The notes beneath the pieces are model-generated. The model was given only the letters and a program-made list of their open reading frames with translations. It did no database searches and had not been told where the DNA came from. A stretch of 20,000 bases of DNA. It comes from an uncultured virus (IMG/VR IMGVR_UViG_3300042945_002143) (taxonomy: Duplodnaviria > Heunggongvirae > Uroviricota > Caudoviricetes). Location: the IMG/VR virus record IMGVR_UViG_3300042945_002143; one strand, given 5' to 3'. Below are positions 17,342-20,000 of this stretch, in pieces. Made by a program: the position numbers and the translations under genes. Each line of letters opens with the position of its first letter. Position 1 is the first letter of the stretch.

Positions 17342-17493
17342 CGAGGTCCTGAATTGACAGGACAACCCCCACCTCCGATATGGCAGTCGGTCCGTTAATC
17401 CGACGAAGATGGGGTTTTTAAAAAGTGTCTCGGTACGCTCTGACGAAAGTCAACGACGAGGTCTCGGTGGACAGAAGGCCTCTGATTCCACCC
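17342..17493 (+). ncRNA. Unidentified structured RNA element(s) between tRNA-Phe and tRNA-Gly
   Basis: GC-rich non-coding stretch with several hairpins and a possible H-type pseudoknot. Confidence 0.5.
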
Positions 17494-17498
17494 AAACT

Positions 17499-17574
17499 GC
17501 GGGTGTCGTATAACGGCTTATTATGACTGGCTTCCAACCAGTAGACGGGGTTTCGATTACCCCCACCCGCTCCA
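17499..17574 (+). tRNA. tRNA-Gly(TCC), CCA encoded
   Basis: Cloverleaf; ACTGG-CTTCCAA-CCAGT; U73-CCA. Confidence 0.9.
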
Positions 17575-17579
17575 TATAC

Positions 17580-17666
17580 GGTCACGGCGCATAACGGCTG
17601 TTGCGCTACCCTGTCACGGTAGTAAGTAGGTAAACGAAAAAGTGGGTTCGACTCCCATCGTGACCG
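17580..17666 (+). tRNA. tRNA-Asp(GTC) with a 19-nt variable region
   Basis: GGTCACG/CGTGACC acceptor; CTACC-CTGTCAC-GGTAG; G73. Confidence 0.82.
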
Positions 17667-17677
17667 CAGGAAAAAAG

Positions 17678-17715
17678 AATATCACGGGTTCGATTTTAAT
17701 GAAACCCGTGATATT
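17678..17715. repeat. Perfect 13-bp inverted repeat upstream of the endonuclease gene
   Basis: AATATCACGGGTT-N12-AACCCGTGATATT. Confidence 0.8.
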
Positions 17716-17733
17716 TATAATAAAAGGAATGAT

Positions 17734-18555
17734 ATGAACAAGTGTTTGAATTGTGGAAAACCAGTGAAAAATAAATACTGCAATGTTTCTTGTCAAAATA
17801 CTCATACTTGGACTGGAAAAAAACGGAAAAAAGAAAGTATTGAGAGACAAAAAGAATCTAATAAAAATCTATGGAAAGAATTTGATGTTGAATGTTCGGT
17901 TTGTGGTAAGGAGTTTAAAATAAAAGAATTTAATGTTGAGTCCCCCAAAAAAGAAAAATACTATTGTGGTAGGTCTTGTGCAAATAAAAGAGTTTGGGAT
18001 AGTCAACATAAAGAAAAATTAAGTAATATTTGTAAGAACTCTGATAAGGTAATTAGTGCTAATCGTGAAATTGGTAAAAAGAAAAAAGAAAAATCAATTA
18101 AAATTAAAAAAGGTGATTGTCTTTATTGTGGTGAGGCGTTGTATAAATCAAAAAAATATCATTCGGAATGTTGGTTGAAATGTTCAGGGGGTATTAAAGA
18201 AGGTACAAGTCGAGGTAAATCAGGATGGTATAAGGGATATTGGTGTGATAGTAGTTATGAGTTGGCTTGGATTATCTATCAGATAGATAACGGACAAAAA
18301 TTTGAAAGGAATAAAGAAGGGTTTGACTACACACACTCAAACAAAACTCGTAAATTTTATCCTGATTTTATATTACCTGATAAAACTTATGTTGAAATTA
18401 AAAATTATAAGTCAGAATTAACTGATGATAAAATAAAACACTTCCCACATAAAATTGAGGTGATTTATAAAGAAGAAATGAAAGAAAAATATTTACCATA
18501 CGTTACTTCAAAGTACGGTAAAAATTTTATATCATTATATCATAAAGAGGAGTAA
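17734..18555 (+). CDS. Putative homing endonuclease: Cys-rich zinc-finger repeats plus a PD-(D/E)XK domain
   Basis: CLNC..YCNVSC, CSVC..YCGRSC, CLYC; DSSYELAW...FYPDFIL...YVEIK. Confidence 0.82.
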   Translation: MNKCLNCGKPVKNKYCNVSCQNTHTWTGKKRKKESIERQKESNKNLWKEFDVECSVCGKEFKIKEFNVESPKKEKYYCGRSCANKRVWDSQHKEKLSNICKNSDKVISANREIGKKKKEKSIKIKKGDCLYCGEALYKSKKYHSECWLKCSGGIKEGTSRGKSGWYKGYWCDSSYELAWIIYQIDNGQKFERNKEGFDYTHSNKTRKFYPDFILPDKTYVEIKNYKSELTDDKIKHFPHKIEVIYKEEMKEKYLPYVTSKYGKNFISLYHKEE

Positions 18556-18601
18556 CTTGCGTAGGTGCCTCAGGGGACTGCAGCCCCACTACGCTCCATA
18601 T

Positions 18602-18672
18602 TGTCCTGTAGTGAAATGGCATCACACAACATTTTGGATGTTGTATTTCTGGTTCGAGTCCAGACGGGATAA
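18602..18672 (+). tRNA. tRNA-Gln(TTG)
   Basis: Cloverleaf; CAACA-TTTTGGA-TGTTG. Confidence 0.9.
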
Positions 18673-18702
18673 CTATTTTTTGTTTTATTAATAAACTTAC
18701 CT

Positions 18703-18710
18703 TATCTTTG
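18703..18710 (+). promoter_or_regulatory. Bacteroidota-type -7 element (TATCTTTG), 4 nt before ATG 18715
   Basis: TAnnTTTG, intergenic. Confidence 0.6.
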
Positions 18711-18714
18711 TATT

Positions 18715-19149
18715 ATGAAAAAAGAATTTGTTACATACGAAATTGCTTCGGAACTCAAGAAACTTGGATTTGATGAACCTTGTTTTGGCAGATATGACGG
18801 AAGAGGTAAAAACAAAGGTAAAATTTGGTATGAAATGCCAAATTCAGGACAAGATACTATTCCTGTTGGTGATGTATTAGCACCACTATACCAACAGGTA
18901 TTCAGATGGTTTGAAGAGAAGTATTCATACTTTGTGGATGTTAAAACTGACACCACACCAAATGAGATTTTGGGATTTGATTATTATATCAAGAGTTGGA
19001 AGTTTGGACCAAAATATTTTAATTTCTTCAAAGAAAAGGAAGAAGGTAACATTAAGGTTATCAAGATAATGATTGAGATGGTGAAGAAAGAGAAACAAAA
19101 GGAAGCTCTTATTGAGTTGATGGATAATGATAAAGATTTAGATAAATAA
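18715..19149 (+). CDS. Hypothetical phage protein (144 aa)
   Basis: EFVTYEIA.ELKKLGFDEPC...APLYQQVFRWF, a pattern I associate with Bacteroidota phage ORFs. Confidence 0.8.
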   Translation: MKKEFVTYEIASELKKLGFDEPCFGRYDGRGKNKGKIWYEMPNSGQDTIPVGDVLAPLYQQVFRWFEEKYSYFVDVKTDTTPNEILGFDYYIKSWKFGPKYFNFFKEKEEGNIKVIKIMIEMVKKEKQKEALIELMDNDKDLDK

Positions 19150-19150
19150 T

Positions 19151-19456
19151 ATGACACAGAAACAACAAGACGCAATTGATAACATAATGGACTACTTCAA
19201 GTTTGAACAAGTCCGAAAAGTAATGGAAGTGTTGAATTGGGAGTGGGCGGCTTCTGACGAAGGTATTCCAACGGTTCCTGAATTGAGACAAGAAGCAAGA
19301 CGATTATTAAAGATGGCGTTTAAAGAAAAAACAGATGTATCAACAGGTGGGTTCCACGTAAGATATGAATCGGACGCTGATGGTGGAGAGTTTATTCAAT
19401 TAATCTTCGCGGTTGAAGAATGGTACGAAGATGTGGAAAAAGATTTGGTTGAATAA
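19151..19456 (+). CDS. Hypothetical phage protein (101 aa)
   Basis: ORF 1 nt after the upstream stop. Confidence 0.8.
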   Translation: MTQKQQDAIDNIMDYFKFEQVRKVMEVLNWEWAASDEGIPTVPELRQEARRLLKMAFKEKTDVSTGGFHVRYESDADGGEFIQLIFAVEEWYEDVEKDLVE

Positions 19457-19463
19457 GAAAAAC

Positions 19464-19526
19464 ATGGCATCAGGTATTGTAATTGGAATCTTCATAGGAT
19501 GGTTAATATGGGGAAGAGAAGAATAA
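19464..19526 (+). CDS. Possible 20-aa membrane micropeptide (MASGIVIGIFIGWLIWGREE)
   Basis: Hydrophobic mini-ORF filling the space between two direct repeats. Confidence 0.45.
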   Translation: MASGIVIGIFIGWLIWGREE

Positions 19527-19533
19527 AAAAAGA

Positions 19534-19565
19534 TTTGGTGGAATAAGAAAGTTGTTATATCTTTG
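19534..19565 (+). promoter_or_regulatory. Canonical Bacteroidota -33/-7 promoter
   Basis: TTTG (19534-19537)-N20-TATCTTTG (19558-19565). Confidence 0.7.
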
Positions 19566-19602
19566 TTGAAGTTCATTAAGAGATAAATAAAATAATTAGT
19601 AT

Positions 19603-19809
19603 ATGCAACATTCGGTAAAAGAAATTGCCAAAAGATACTCAGAATTGTCTGACCTCAGAAAAGATAAAAAAAGATTTGTTGAATCTAATTTTATCCAATT
19701 TGCAAAGGACAATCAACGTAAGTATACCCTTACTGAAAATGGGGATGACTTGATGGTTAGCACTTGGCATTCAAATGACTTGATTGAAGATTACCGAAAA
19801 ACGTTGTAA
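19603..19809 (+). CDS. Hypothetical protein (68 aa)
   Basis: ORF downstream of a promoter. Confidence 0.7.
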   Translation: MQHSVKEIAKRYSELSDLRKDKKRFVESNFIQFAKDNQRKYTLTENGDDLMVSTWHSNDLIEDYRKTL

Positions 19810-19815
19810 AAAAAT

Positions 19816-19906
19816 AGTCAGGTGGACGTAATGAGGGAGGGACCCAAATCCGTAAGGTTGTCTAATCCGTCAAGAACGGTATCCGGTTCGAGTCCGGCCC
19901 TGACTA
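19816..19906 (+). pseudogene. Degenerate long-variable-arm tRNA-like element
   Basis: Acceptor AGTCAGG/CCTGACT-A, T arm CCGG-TTCGAGT-CCGG, variable arm CCGT-CAAGA-ACGG; no canonical D or anticodon arm. Confidence 0.6.
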
Positions 19907-20000
19907 CTAATATGGGTACACTTATGGAAGGTGGAAACAAAACTTGTTAAACAAGAAGTGGGGTTACCGTATGTCTGATGGCCCCGTCAGATGGTTTGGG

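Noticed and set aside
17342..17493. Theta/HDV-like, twister or hammerhead ribozyme after tRNA-Phe
   Set aside because: I could not build P1/P3/P1.1 of the HDV fold or the twister loops; CTGACGA-AA is better explained as a GAAA tetraloop hairpin. Kept only as an unassigned element.
16832..17850. Minus-strand ORFs 16832-17116 and 17614-17850
   Set aside because: Antisense shadows of tRNA genes and the endonuclease gene.

Overview
AT-rich, densely coding segment best explained as part of a large (jumbo-type) tailed phage of a Bacteroidota host. Support: repeated TAnnTTTG promoters, a T9SS cargo gene, a GH19 endolysin, a tRNA array with homing endonucleases, and many orphan ORFs. Genes read in the standard genetic code and include a DUF3310 protein, a beta-class DNA methyltransferase, a ferritin/Dps-like protein, a DHH phosphoesterase, DUF192, a NUDIX hydrolase, RfbB and a HAD-family protein. 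Two non-coding loci stand out. (1) A ~0.9 kb structured RNA (GOLLD-like) at ~5555-6440, behind tandem TTGACA-N17-TAAGTTTG promoters and an rrn-like boxB/boxA leader. (2) A 12-tRNA array (16019-18672) with extra tRNA-like elements. It is preceded by what looks like a ribosome-coupled transcription attenuator: a 37-codon, codon-diverse leader ORF (15746-15859) carries a copy of the terminator's 3' arm and can form an antiterminator. This would switch on phage tRNAs when translation stalls. All calls come from reading the sequence; no searches or folding programs were run.
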